From a virus, in the IMG/VR virus record IMGVR_UViG_3300030328_002122, positions 32,001-96,000 of that record: a stretch of 64,000 bases of DNA; one strand, 5' to 3'. Below the pieces are notes generated by a model, which did no database searches, was not told where the DNA came from, and saw nothing but the letters and a program-made list of their open reading frames with translations. Made by a program: the position numbers and the translations under genes. Position 1 is the stretch's first letter. Every line of letters starts with the position of its first letter. Below are positions 36,442 through 46,676 of this stretch, in pieces.

Positions 36442-38955
36442 ATGAAATTTTATACTCATGTTGCCCAATGGGGTAACAATCTACTAGTTCGTGCAGTTGA
36501 GAATGGTGTTCGTTCAAACTTCAAAGTAAAGTATGAACCTACACTATTTGTTCCTGTAACAAAAGAAACTAATTGGAAAACATTGGATAATCGTAATGTC
36601 AATCCAATGAAGTTTCTTACAATCAAAGAAGCAAAAGAGTTTGTACAACAATATGAAAGTCAACCACATTTAGTTTGTGGTATGACACAGTTTCCATATT
36701 CATACATATCTGAAACATATCCTAATCAAATACAATATGATACATCTCTACTTAGAATTGTAACGATTGATATTGAGGTTGAATGTGAGAATGGTTTTCC
36801 AAATGCAGATCAAGCTGCAGAACCTATGTTATCTATTACTATCAAGAAACATGACACAGGTAAGATTATTGTTTGGGGTTTACATGAGTATCATAATGAC
36901 AGAGAAGATGTAAAGTATATTCGTTGTCAAAACGAAAGAGAACTTCTCACACAATTTTTGAATTGGTGGGAACATGACTATCCAGATATAATCACTGGTT
37001 GGAATACAGAGTTTTTTGATATTCCATATCTATGTAATCGCATCAATACTGTACTTGGTGAAGATGCAGTTCGTAAACTTTCGCCGTGGGGTATTGTCAG
37101 TTCTAGATTAGTTAATAGTGGGTTTGGTAAGAAAGATCAAGTGTATGATATTGTTGGTGTTGAAGAGATAGATTATCTACAACTATATCGTAAGTTTACT
37201 TATTCTGCACAAGAGTCATACAGACTAGATCATATTGCATTTGTTGAACTGGGTGAACGTAAAGATGAAAACCCATATGAAACATTTCGTGATTGGTACA
37301 CAAAAGATTATCAATCATTCTTAGACTATAATATTCAAGACGTTGAACTTGTTGATCGTATTGATGATAAGATGAAATTGATTGACCTTATATTGACTAT
37401 GACCTATGAGGCTAAAGTTAATATGTCTGATTCATTTACATCTGTTAAGTATTGGGATATTCTTATATACAATCATCTACTTAAAAATAATATTGTTATA
37501 CCACAGAAACCATCAACAAAGAATAAGTCTGAAAAGTATGTTGGTGCATATGTGAAAGAGCCTCAAGTAGGACAACACAAATGGGTATTATCTTTTGACC
37601 TAAACAGTTTGTATCCACATCTAATCATGCAGTATAATATATCACCAGAAACATTAGTAGATAAAACTGTTAATTTAGGTAAAAATCCTATTGATGATTT
37701 AGTTACAAAGAAAACTGGTTTAGATTCTTTCAAGGGAACTAACTATGCATTGACACCAAATGGTGCAATGTTTAAAAAAGATAAACAAGGGTTTCTTGCA
37801 AAGATGATGCAAGATATGTATGATGATCGTACTATTTACAAGAAGAAAATGTTAGATGCAAAACAGAAGTATGAAGATACAAAAGATCCAAAGTATCTCA
37901 AAGACATATCTAGGTTTAATAATATTCAGATGGCTCGTAAGATTTCTCTAAACTCTGCTTATGGTGCGATTGGTAACGAATGGTTTAGATACTATGAACT
38001 TATGATTGCAGAGGGTATTACAACTTCTGGTCAGTTAAGTATAAGATGGATTGAAAGAAAATTAAACGAGTACATTAATAATGTTCTCAAAACAAGTAAT
38101 AAAGATTATGTGATTGCATCAGATACAGATTCTGTTTATATCAGATTTGATGAGATTGTAAGTCATGTATTCAAAGGCTGTAATGATACACAAAGGATTG
38201 TAAACTTTCTAGATAAGATTGCAAGTGAAAAGATAGAACCATTTATTGAAAAGTCCTATCAAGAACTTGCAGATTATGTAAATGCATATGACCAAAAGAT
38301 GCAAATGAAAAGAGAAGTGATTGCAGATAAAGGTATCTGGACAGCAAAGAAAAGATATATTCTAAACGCATGGGATGTTGAGGGCGTTCGTTATCAAGAA
38401 CCACAACTCAAAGTTATGGGCCAGGAGATGGTCAAGTCATCTACGCCTGCACCTTGTCGTGAAAAGATGAGAGAAGCAGTTAAGATTATTATGAGTGGAA
38501 CTGAAAAAGATGTAAACAATTTTATTCAAGATTTTCGTGAAGAGTTTATGAAACTTCCACCAGAAGAGATTGCATTTCCAAGATCGGTAAATGGTTTAGG
38601 TAAATGGAGTAGTGGTCATGCAATATTTAAGAAAGGCTGTCCTATGCATTGTAAAGGTGCAATATTGTATAATCATTTTTTAAAAGAGAAAAAACTTACA
38701 AACAAATATCCTTTAATACAAGAGGGTAATAAGATTAAATTTTTAAACATAAGAACACCAAATCCTATGTCATCTAATGTTATATCTTTCTTTACCAAAC
38801 TACCAAAAGAACTTGACATTCACAAATATTTAGATTATGATATGCAGTACGAGAAGGCCTTTGTTGAACCTCTGACTTTTATTATGGATCAGATTGGTTG
38901 GAACATTGATCGTTCTTATGGAAAGCAAACTACACTTGAGGATTTCTTTAGTTGA
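36442..38955 (+). CDS. gp43: Family B DNA polymerase gp43 (unsplit)
   Basis: DIEVE exonuclease, SFDLNSLYPH, KISLNSAYG, ASDTDS, KKRY. Confidence 0.98.
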   Translation: MKFYTHVAQWGNNLLVRAVENGVRSNFKVKYEPTLFVPVTKETNWKTLDNRNVNPMKFLTIKEAKEFVQQYESQPHLVCGMTQFPYSYISETYPNQIQYDTSLLRIVTIDIEVECENGFPNADQAAEPMLSITIKKHDTGKIIVWGLHEYHNDREDVKYIRCQNERELLTQFLNWWEHDYPDIITGWNTEFFDIPYLCNRINTVLGEDAVRKLSPWGIVSSRLVNSGFGKKDQVYDIVGVEEIDYLQLYRKFTYSAQESYRLDHIAFVELGERKDENPYETFRDWYTKDYQSFLDYNIQDVELVDRIDDKMKLIDLILTMTYEAKVNMSDSFTSVKYWDILIYNHLLKNNIVIPQKPSTKNKSEKYVGAYVKEPQVGQHKWVLSFDLNSLYPHLIMQYNISPETLVDKTVNLGKNPIDDLVTKKTGLDSFKGTNYALTPNGAMFKKDKQGFLAKMMQDMYDDRTIYKKKMLDAKQKYEDTKDPKYLKDISRFNNIQMARKISLNSAYGAIGNEWFRYYELMIAEGITTSGQLSIRWIERKLNEYINNVLKTSNKDYVIASDTDSVYIRFDEIVSHVFKGCNDTQRIVNFLDKIASEKIEPFIEKSYQELADYVNAYDQKMQMKREVIADKGIWTAKKRYILNAWDVEGVRYQEPQLKVMGQEMVKSSTPAPCREKMREAVKIIMSGTEKDVNNFIQDFREEFMKLPPEEIAFPRSVNGLGKWSSGHAIFKKGCPMHCKGAILYNHFLKEKKLTNKYPLIQEGNKIKFLNIRTPNPMSSNVISFFTKLPKELDIHKYLDYDMQYEKAFVEPLTFIMDQIGWNIDRSYGKQTTLEDFFS
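38813..38841 (+). promoter_or_regulatory. Internal sigma70-type promoter in the gp43 3' end, upstream of the modification cluster
   Basis: TTGACA-N17-TATGAT. Confidence 0.5.
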
Positions 38956-40064
38956 TATTAGAACGTAAAGATGCAATTTATGTAGCACAAAAGTTGATGA
39001 ATTATTTCAAGGACTTTAATCGTATTGATGATTATTTTCGTGCAAGAAAGATTGAAAGAGTAAAAAATATACCATCACCATTACCAGGCATGGCTTTGGA
39101 AGATGACTTATTTCAAAACTTTGATATGCATCCAGAAGATATGAATTTTGAAGTTGTACAAATACCTACAAAGTTATTTGATACTTTACTTGAAAAAACT
39201 GCATCATTTAGTCCAGATGAAAATCCTGGCAAAACACTAAAGGTAGTTGTTAAGGAAACAAATACAAATACTGTAGTTGGATTTATTCGTTATGGTTCAC
39301 CTCTTATAAACTCTAAACCAAGAAATGATTATCTTGGTGGTGTTCCAGATCTTGACATATTTAACAAGCGTGCAATCATGGGATTTAATATTGTTCCTGT
39401 ACAACCATTTGGTTTTAATTGTTTAGGTGGTAAACTACTTGCAGCTATTTGTTGTTCCCATGCAACTCGTAGAATGTTGAATATCAAATATGATACAGAG
39501 TTTTGTTTGTTTGAAACTACATCTTTATATGGTAATATCAAGGGTGCATCTATGTATGATGGTATGCGTCCTTATTTAAGATACAAGGGTGATACTGAGT
39601 CTAAGTTTTTACTAACACTTGGTGAAGAAATATATCCAGAACTAAAAGATTGGTTTACTGAAAAGAATGGTGGTGAAGATATTATACGTAAAGGTGTATC
39701 TAGTAGAAAGTTAAAGATGCAAACTAAGATGATTGGTATAATCAAATCTTCACTTAAAGAACATGACACTAAAGCCTTTGAACTTTTTTCTAACGAAATT
39801 GCAAAGGCAAGTGATGTAACTACACAGAAAAGATTTTATATGAGTGAGTATGGTTACTCTAATGCAAAAGATGTTTTATTAGGTAAAACAAATACCTTAA
39901 CAAAAGCAGAAAATTATGATAGGTTTGAACTTGAAAATGTAATTGCATGGTGGAAAAAACTTGCAACTAAACGATACAATAATATTGTTGCAGATGGTAG
40001 AGTTCGTAAAGAACTTGAGGTTTGGAACAAAGATACTATGAATAAGATTGATATTATAAGATGA
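38952..40064 (+). CDS. DUF4338 (DruA-related)-like protein
   Basis: VPVQPFGFNCLGGKLLAAICCS, FETTSLYG..SMYDG; TTGA overlap with gp43 stop. Confidence 0.6.
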   Translation: MILERKDAIYVAQKLMNYFKDFNRIDDYFRARKIERVKNIPSPLPGMALEDDLFQNFDMHPEDMNFEVVQIPTKLFDTLLEKTASFSPDENPGKTLKVVVKETNTNTVVGFIRYGSPLINSKPRNDYLGGVPDLDIFNKRAIMGFNIVPVQPFGFNCLGGKLLAAICCSHATRRMLNIKYDTEFCLFETTSLYGNIKGASMYDGMRPYLRYKGDTESKFLLTLGEEIYPELKDWFTEKNGGEDIIRKGVSSRKLKMQTKMIGIIKSSLKEHDTKAFELFSNEIAKASDVTTQKRFYMSEYGYSNAKDVLLGKTNTLTKAENYDRFELENVIAWWKKLATKRYNNIVADGRVRKELEVWNKDTMNKIDIIR

Positions 40065-40450
40065 TAGGTTTTACTTGTGGAGCATTTGATTTATTACACG
40101 CTGGTCATATTGTGATGTTAGAAGAAGCTAAAAGTAAATGTGATAAACTTATTGTTGGGTTACAGACAGATCCAAGTATAGATAGACCAGAAAAGAATAA
40201 ACCTATTCAATCTGTTTATGAAAGGTTTATACAATTAAATGCTGTAAAGTATGTAGATCAAATAATACCATATGATACAGAAGAAAGTTTAATAGATTTA
40301 TTACAATCACAACATATTGATATTAGATTTATTGGTGAAGATTATAGAGAAAAGAAATTTACTGGATCTGAATTGCCAATAGATATTGAGTATACTAGTA
40401 GAAAACATTCGTTCTCTTCATCAAGTTTGAGAGAAAGAGTAAAAGTATGA
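40061..40450 (+). CDS. Cytidylyltransferase (TagD-like, HxGH)
   Basis: GAFDLLHAGH, LIVGLQ, ER...L.AVKYVD, GEDY, SSS.LR. Confidence 0.9.
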   Translation: MIGFTCGAFDLLHAGHIVMLEEAKSKCDKLIVGLQTDPSIDRPEKNKPIQSVYERFIQLNAVKYVDQIIPYDTEESLIDLLQSQHIDIRFIGEDYREKKFTGSELPIDIEYTSRKHSFSSSSLRERVKV

Positions 40451-41436
40451 AAATAACAATTGCAAGATTAAGATCAAATGTAAAATATAATGGGCCATTA
40501 GAAACTGTATTAGATAGTTTTTTTGAAAATTATGTAAAGTGGATGAAAGCGAATCCACAACATGAATATAGAACTTACAATGTATCATTTGGTAAAGATA
40601 GACCAAAGAGAATACCAGAGAATATAGAATGGGCAGATGTAATCGTCATACCATCAGATAGTGAGTTTCGATATCATGGTGAACTACAAATGAATCCAAA
40701 AGACCTTGCAAAGTCAGAAAGTCATATGGAAAAGATAATACCATTCTTTGAGGGTAAAATTGTTATCATGTGGAGAAGTGATAGAGGTGATACAGAAGAA
40801 CTATATCGCAGTTTTATACCTAATATAAAGAAGTTTATCACAATAGATGAGATTGGCTTTCCAGGCAATATTCATGGTATGAAATATCACTTTATACAAA
40901 CTCTTAAAAATCCTCTTGCAGATATGTTTGATAATGATAAGACAATTGATTTTGCTTATTGGGGAAGAATGAAACATGGTAATGATAGAGAAAAAACAAT
41001 TAGACAAATCTATCGTTCTGAATTATCTACAGTTATGGTTGGTGGATTTCCATCTGGTATAAAAAGACAATCTGCATGGATAAAAGATTGGAAGCAGTTA
41101 TACCCATTATTAGAACCAGCAAGGTCAACACTATGTTTTAATTGGATTGACCAATCTGCAACAACTAGTCGATATCCAGAAGCCTTGTCTATTGGTATCG
41201 TGCCTATGGTATGGAAAGATTATGATTCAAATAATACATATAACATTGATGATTGGCAAAGAGTATCATCATCAGAAGAATTTGTTGAAAAGGTTTTGCA
41301 ACTAAAAGATAAAAACTTTTTTGAATCTAAACTAGAAGAATACAGAAATAACTATAAAAAAGTGTTGTTATCTGAAGAAGAATATTTTAAACTTTTTTCT
41401 AAAAAAATGAATTTTGGACTTGACAAATCACTATAG
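40447..41436 (+). CDS. T4 DNA beta-glucosyltransferase-like glycosyltransferase
   Basis: KTIDFAYWGRMKHGNDREK and TSRYPEAL...DYD...VSSSEEFVEKV..LK resemble, from recall, the T4 BGT segments KTLDVIYGG.FRSG.RE and TLRVWE...EFD...VNNRAELIDRVNELK. Confidence 0.65.
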   Translation: MKITIARLRSNVKYNGPLETVLDSFFENYVKWMKANPQHEYRTYNVSFGKDRPKRIPENIEWADVIVIPSDSEFRYHGELQMNPKDLAKSESHMEKIIPFFEGKIVIMWRSDRGDTEELYRSFIPNIKKFITIDEIGFPGNIHGMKYHFIQTLKNPLADMFDNDKTIDFAYWGRMKHGNDREKTIRQIYRSELSTVMVGGFPSGIKRQSAWIKDWKQLYPLLEPARSTLCFNWIDQSATTSRYPEALSIGIVPMVWKDYDSNNTYNIDDWQRVSSSEEFVEKVLQLKDKNFFESKLEEYRNNYKKVLLSEEEYFKLFSKKMNFGLDKSL

Positions 41437-41449
41437 TTTATGTTAGTAT
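41420..41449 (+). promoter_or_regulatory. sigma70-type promoter for the DUF262-HNH gene
   Basis: TTGACA-N18-TAGTAT with TG extension. Confidence 0.5.
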
Positions 41450-41552
41450 CTTTGTATTGATTAAATTTGATTCTCAACAAGAATTTAATCAATATTGTTT
41501 TAATCAAGTTCTATCATGCAAATGGTAGGATGACTCAACATAGGAAAATAAA

Positions 41553-42977
41553 ATGACTAAAGTATATAGCACAGTTGTGTATGATAAAACACGACAATCA
41601 ATGACAATCGCAAGTTACCTTAAATGGGCAAGTACAGTTGCAAAACTTACAAAAAAAGAAAAGAAACTTTTGAAGAAATATTTCTTCATTGATATTGACC
41701 TTGCATTTCAATCGAGAGCAAGATGGTCAATGACACAAAAAGAAAACTTTATCAACTCTTGTCTTATTGATATGAATATTAGTAAATTTGTTTTAGTGGA
41801 TGTTCAGAGATGTAGAGATGCTTCACACAAAAATTCAGATGATTACAAATATTATGACTCTTGGTTTAAAAAGGGTGTTAATTATCTTAACGTAGATTCT
41901 AACAACAGAACTACAACTTTCAGAGAATTTGAAAAAGATGAAGTTGCAATACCTCTTGGTGATTATTTTGTAGATGGAACTACATATACTGTAACAAAAG
42001 ATACAAACTTATGTTCAACAATGAATGAGGATTTGAAGCAAACCTTTCTTGCAAATAAAACTTCTGTTCACATTGTTGTAGATGCTACAAGAGAACAATT
42101 GTCAGATCTCTTTATGAGAATGAACAGTGGTGAGTCTTTAAATTTTGAAGAACAGATTAATTGTTCATATAGTACTACTTGTGATGTCATAAGAGAATTG
42201 GTAGACACTCAAGTTAAATCTCTTAGTGATGCAAAATTATTCTCTGAGAAAGAAATTAACAGACGAAAAATTGATGGTTGGTTTGCTCATATTTTCTTTT
42301 TGTGGAGTCAACAATTTTCAACAAGTTTTACAAATACTGTTCATAAAAAATGGTATAGTTCAGACTCAGTTTCAAATAAATCTGTAAACACCTTTGTAAA
42401 AGATTGGAATTCTTTTATGGAATTAATCGCTGGAAAAGTAAAACTTTTTCATCATAAATGGGTCTTATTCGATTTATTTTATCAAATAGTAAAACAACAA
42501 AGATTGCATAAAGAACTTGTAAATGAAAATGTTGTTATGGATTTTATCGAAATGTACACTAAGTTGGCAGAAGATAAGAAACCTAGATATTCATATGATG
42601 AAACAATTACTGATGAGTCTGTGTTGTTTCCTTTTAAACAGTTTACGAGGGGTGGAGATGTTAATAACTTCAACGCTAGACATAGAGTATATGAATCAAA
42701 AGGTTGGGATATTTCAAAGTACTTTGGTAGTCCAGACCCAAAAGACTCAACTAGAACTTTTACAAGGATTGAAAAACAAGCAATCGCAGTTAGGGATAGT
42801 TGGAAAGATAGTGATGGTGATATGTTTGAACCAGAGTCTTTATTTGATGGTGATTTAGATTGTGGACATATTATTTCTCACAATAAAAAAGGGAAAACAG
42901 TATTGTCAAATGGTGTAGTAGAAAAAATGCCTAAAAATCGTGGTAAACATGACAAGGAAACAATAGTAACTAGATGA
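41553..42977 (+). CDS. DUF262 (ParB/Srx-like) plus C-terminal HNH protein, GmrSD-like architecture
   Basis: FQSR.RW, VDSNNRTT (DGQQR-like), LF.RMNSG..L; C-terminal DCGHIISH..KG.T..SN......N..K. Confidence 0.65.
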   Translation: MTKVYSTVVYDKTRQSMTIASYLKWASTVAKLTKKEKKLLKKYFFIDIDLAFQSRARWSMTQKENFINSCLIDMNISKFVLVDVQRCRDASHKNSDDYKYYDSWFKKGVNYLNVDSNNRTTTFREFEKDEVAIPLGDYFVDGTTYTVTKDTNLCSTMNEDLKQTFLANKTSVHIVVDATREQLSDLFMRMNSGESLNFEEQINCSYSTTCDVIRELVDTQVKSLSDAKLFSEKEINRRKIDGWFAHIFFLWSQQFSTSFTNTVHKKWYSSDSVSNKSVNTFVKDWNSFMELIAGKVKLFHHKWVLFDLFYQIVKQQRLHKELVNENVVMDFIEMYTKLAEDKKPRYSYDETITDESVLFPFKQFTRGGDVNNFNARHRVYESKGWDISKYFGSPDPKDSTRTFTRIEKQAIAVRDSWKDSDGDMFEPESLFDGDLDCGHIISHNKKGKTVLSNGVVEKMPKNRGKHDKETIVTR

Positions 42978-44026
42978 AAATACTTTTACCTTATCAAGAT
43001 CCATATGATAGACCTCTCACTCACCCAATTGTGAGTGGGGGTACTGAAATGTTCTGTAAAAGTATTTACGATAATTTTGATGTAGAGGTTTTGCAGTTTG
43101 AATGTAAAGACATTTTAGAACAAAAAGAACTTTACACTCGTAAATATATACAAGAACAACAAAAAAAGATTATAGAAAAAGCAGAGGAGTGTAACGCAGA
43201 TGTTATAGTTAATAACTTTGCTTGGTCTGGATTTTGTGGTTCAGTAATATCTAAATCACATATTCCAATAATGAATGTTGAGCATTGTTTCTATCCATTT
43301 TTATCCATCATAAATAAATGGGATAAGTTAATTAAAAATGGACACTCTGTATTTCTTGTATCTAACTTCCAAAAAAAGTTCTACGATAAAATGACAAAAA
43401 GAGCTAAGTTTGAACCATTTCCCTTTAACATTATTAGTCCATCATATTGTAAAACAAAACCAGATATTTTAGATAACGAATATGATTGTGGCACTATTGG
43501 CAGATGTGACAAAGAAAAGAATCCTTTCAAATTAAAGCATATGACTAAACATACAGATTTAAATACGTTGGTTATAACATCAAAATCTTCACATGAAAAA
43601 AATTCAAAATATTATGAAACCAATAAGAATTGGAATAATGTTATTTGGGATAAACCACATGATGAGGTTGTAAAGAATATTTCAAAATGTAAAACATTCT
43701 TCTCTACTTGGAATAAAGAAACATGGGGAATAACTGCACTAGAATCTTTATCTTGTGGTGTGCCAGTAATACTAAATTGTGATAATGATGGTGACCATGC
43801 ATCTGAGATTATTCCTGCTCATAAAAGTCATTATAAGAAAATACCTAATAATGACAAGTCTGCATTGATTGATGCGATTGATAGTTTTGATGTAGATAAA
43901 AAAGAAGTTCAAGAAATGACATGGGAAAAACATAATTTGGATAATTGGAAAAAACAATTTTCTAATGCTGTTTCAATTACAATAGATAAGTTTAAAAGAC
44001 CAAATTTACTTGACTTTTTAAACTAA
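42974..44026 (+). CDS. GT-B glycosyltransferase (GT4-like)
   Basis: SGGTE, IGRC..EKNP, ETWGITALESLSCGVPVI. Confidence 0.85.
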   Translation: MKILLPYQDPYDRPLTHPIVSGGTEMFCKSIYDNFDVEVLQFECKDILEQKELYTRKYIQEQQKKIIEKAEECNADVIVNNFAWSGFCGSVISKSHIPIMNVEHCFYPFLSIINKWDKLIKNGHSVFLVSNFQKKFYDKMTKRAKFEPFPFNIISPSYCKTKPDILDNEYDCGTIGRCDKEKNPFKLKHMTKHTDLNTLVITSKSSHEKNSKYYETNKNWNNVIWDKPHDEVVKNISKCKTFFSTWNKETWGITALESLSCGVPVILNCDNDGDHASEIIPAHKSHYKKIPNNDKSALIDAIDSFDVDKKEVQEMTWEKHNLDNWKKQFSNAVSITIDKFKRPNLLDFLN

Positions 44027-44053
44027 ATATCACATATACAATATGAGGTAAAA

Positions 44054-45226
44054 ATGATTATAGAAGAAGATACCAAACTAGATTTTTCTGATGTATTAAT
44101 CAGACCAAAAAGATCAACTCTTAAATCAAGAAAACAAGTAAATTTATTTAGAACTATGGACTTTAGAAATGCTAAAGGACATGATAGACGTTTTTATGGA
44201 ATACCTATTATTGCATCTAATATGGATGGTGTAGGTACTATGGAGATTGCAGATATTTTAGCTTCAGAAAGAATGTTTAGTTGTCTAGTTAAAACATATA
44301 ATACAAATGAATTAGTTGAATATTTTGATGCAGATGTATTAGGACAAGATGCATTTGATATATATCCAATGAGAACTGAACACGTTGCAATGTGTATTGG
44401 TGCAACTGAAGAAGAATATCTAAAGTTCAGAGATGTTTATGAACTTACTGATGGTAAAATAAAATATTTGTGTGTTGATGTTGCAAATGGTTACACAGAA
44501 ATGTTTAGTAACTTTATATATAATATAAGATCTAATCATCCAGAATTAGTCATTATTGCTGGTAATGTTGTAACAGCAGATATGACACAAGAACTAATAT
44601 TAAATGGTGCAGATATAATAAAAGTTGGTATTGGGCCTGGTTCTGTTTGTACAACAAGAGTTCATACTGGAATTGGTTATCCACAACTATCTGCAATTAT
44701 AGAATGTGCAGATGCAGCTCATGGTTTAGGTGGTCATATTATTGCAGATGGTGGTTGTACTACAAGTGGTGATATTGCAAAAGCATTTGGTGGTGGTGCA
44801 GATTTTGTTATGTTAGGGGGTATGTTTGCTGGACATGATGAAGGTGGTGGAGAAATAATTTCTACAGAACATATTACTAGTGAAATAAAAAATGTTAATA
44901 GAGGCTCACCTTTGTTTGTTGAAGGTCAAGAAGCACATAGGGAAACTAAAAAAAGACAAATGATTCATTTTTATGGAATGAGTTCTACGATTGCAAATGA
45001 TAAACATTTTGGTGGGTTAAAAGATTATCGTGCAAGTGAAGGTAAAGAAGTTATGATACCTTACAAAGGCCCTATTAAAGATACCATACAACATATACTT
45101 GGTGGATTGAGATCTACTTGTACTTATGTTGGTGCAAAACAAATAAAACACTTGACAAAGTGTACAACATTTGTTAAAGTAAACAAAACCCATAATACAA
45201 TATTTGGAGATTCTAATGGAAGGTGA
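44054..45226 (+). CDS. guaC: GMP reductase
   Basis: LDFSDVLIRPKRS, DVANGY, KVGIGPGSVCTTR, ECADAAHG, FYGMSS, YRASEGK, GGLRSTCTY. Confidence 0.93.
   Translation: MIIEEDTKLDFSDVLIRPKRSTLKSRKQVNLFRTMDFRNAKGHDRRFYGIPIIASNMDGVGTMEIADILASERMFSCLVKTYNTNELVEYFDADVLGQDAFDIYPMRTEHVAMCIGATEEEYLKFRDVYELTDGKIKYLCVDVANGYTEMFSNFIYNIRSNHPELVIIAGNVVTADMTQELILNGADIIKVGIGPGSVCTTRVHTGIGYPQLSAIIECADAAHGLGGHIIADGGCTTSGDIAKAFGGGADFVMLGGMFAGHDEGGGEIISTEHITSEIKNVNRGSPLFVEGQEAHRETKKRQMIHFYGMSSTIANDKHFGGLKDYRASEGKEVMIPYKGPIKDTIQHILGGLRSTCTYVGAKQIKHLTKCTTFVKVNKTHNTIFGDSNGR
45152..45180 (+). promoter_or_regulatory. Internal sigma70-type promoter for mazG-uvsX
   Basis: TTGACA-N17-TAAAGT with TG extension. Confidence 0.5.
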
Positions 45227-45620
45227 TTTATTAACAGATTATGAAGAGTTCGTTAATGAGGTAACGAGTCAAGCTTCAAAAAGTCCTAAAAACTTTATAG
45301 ACGAAATTGATAGGATTGAAGAACAAGGAGTTAATCCAGCAAGACTTTTAACTGCAAGTGTAGGTTTGTCTGGTGAAAGTGGTGAATTTAGTGATATAGT
45401 AAAGAAGGTAGTATTTCAAGGTAAAGAAATAGATGATGATGTAGTTAAACATCTTAGGTCTGAACTTGGTGATATCATGTGGTATGTAGCACAAGGGTGT
45501 TTGGCTTTAGATACAACTATTGAAGAATTAATAGATATTAATACTGCGAAACTTGAGTCTAGATATCCTGGCGGTTTCTCAATGTTTAGATCTGAAAATA
45601 GACGTAAGGACGATATATAA
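45216..45620 (+). CDS. mazG: MazG-like NTP pyrophosphohydrolase
   Basis: GLSGESGEFSDIVKK, ELGDIMWY, N..KL..RYP; ATG after GGAGA. Confidence 0.85.
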   Translation: MEGDLLTDYEEFVNEVTSQASKSPKNFIDEIDRIEEQGVNPARLLTASVGLSGESGEFSDIVKKVVFQGKEIDDDVVKHLRSELGDIMWYVAQGCLALDTTIEELIDINTAKLESRYPGGFSMFRSENRRKDDI

Positions 45621-46676
45621 ATGGATTTTTTAAAAGAGATTGTAAAAACAACTGGTAATGAGTATGCAGCTTTAGTTTCAGATGGAGTAGAAGCAGGAGA
45701 TGTAGATTCATTTATTGACTCTGGTTCTTACATTTTCAATGCATTATTATCTGGTAGTATCTATGGTGGATTGCCTAGTAATAAGATAACTGCAATCGCT
45801 GGTGAAAGTGCAACAGGAAAAACATTTTTTGTTATGGGTATGGTCAAAAGTTTTCTAGATGCAAATCCAGATGCTGGTGTTTTATACTTTGAATCAGAAT
45901 CTGCAATTACAAAACAGATGGTAATCGACAGAGGTATAGATCCAAACAGAATGGTGATTGTTCCTGTAACAACTGTACAAGAATTTAGAACACAAGCTAT
46001 TCGTGTACTAGATAAGTTGTTAGAACAAAATGAATCAGATAGAAAACCCATCATGTTATGTCTTGATTCACTTGGTATGTTATCTACTACAAAAGAAGTA
46101 GAAGATACTGCTGATGGAAAAGAAACTAGAGATATGACACGAGCACAAGTTCTTAAAGCTGCATTTCGTGTATTAACTTTAAAACTAGGTCGTGCAAAAG
46201 TACCAATGGTTGTTACTAATCATACTTATGATGTTGTTGGTTCTATGTTTCCTACAAAAGAAATGGGTGGTGGTTCTGGACTAAAGTATGCAGCTTCATC
46301 TATTGTATATCTTTCAAAAAAGAAAGAGAAAGATGGAACTGAAGTAATTGGTAATATTGTACATTGTAAAAATGCAAAATCAAGACTTACAGTAGAAAAT
46401 AAAATGGTTGATGTAAGATTAACCTATACTAAAGGTTTAGACAGACACTATGGATTACTTGACCTTGCACTCAAGTATGGTATATTTAAATCTGTTTCTA
46501 CAAGAATAGAATTACCAGATGGTTCAAAGACATTTGGTAAAACAATAAATAATGATCCTACTAAGTTCTTTACTGAAGATATTATGAAACAGTTAGACGA
46601 ATGTGCAACTAAAGAATTTAAGTATGGAAACAAAAAAGCTGAGGAAGTTGTAGATGGTAGTTCTGAGCAAACTTGA
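45621..46676 (+). CDS. uvsX: RecA-like recombinase UvsX
   Basis: [29 protein letters not shown]. Confidence 0.95.
   Translation: MDFLKEIVKTTGNEYAALVSDGVEAGDVDSFIDSGSYIFNALLSGSIYGGLPSNKITAIAGESATGKTFFVMGMVKSFLDANPDAGVLYFESESAITKQMVIDRGIDPNRMVIVPVTTVQEFRTQAIRVLDKLLEQNESDRKPIMLCLDSLGMLSTTKEVEDTADGKETRDMTRAQVLKAAFRVLTLKLGRAKVPMVVTNHTYDVVGSMFPTKEMGGGSGLKYAASSIVYLSKKKEKDGTEVIGNIVHCKNAKSRLTVENKMVDVRLTYTKGLDRHYGLLDLALKYGIFKSVSTRIELPDGSKTFGKTINNDPTKFFTEDIMKQLDECATKEFKYGNKKAEEVVDGSSEQT

Noticed and set aside
38952-40064. A Druantia defence system
   Set aside because: Only a DUF4338-like gene is present; no DruE helicase or other partners.
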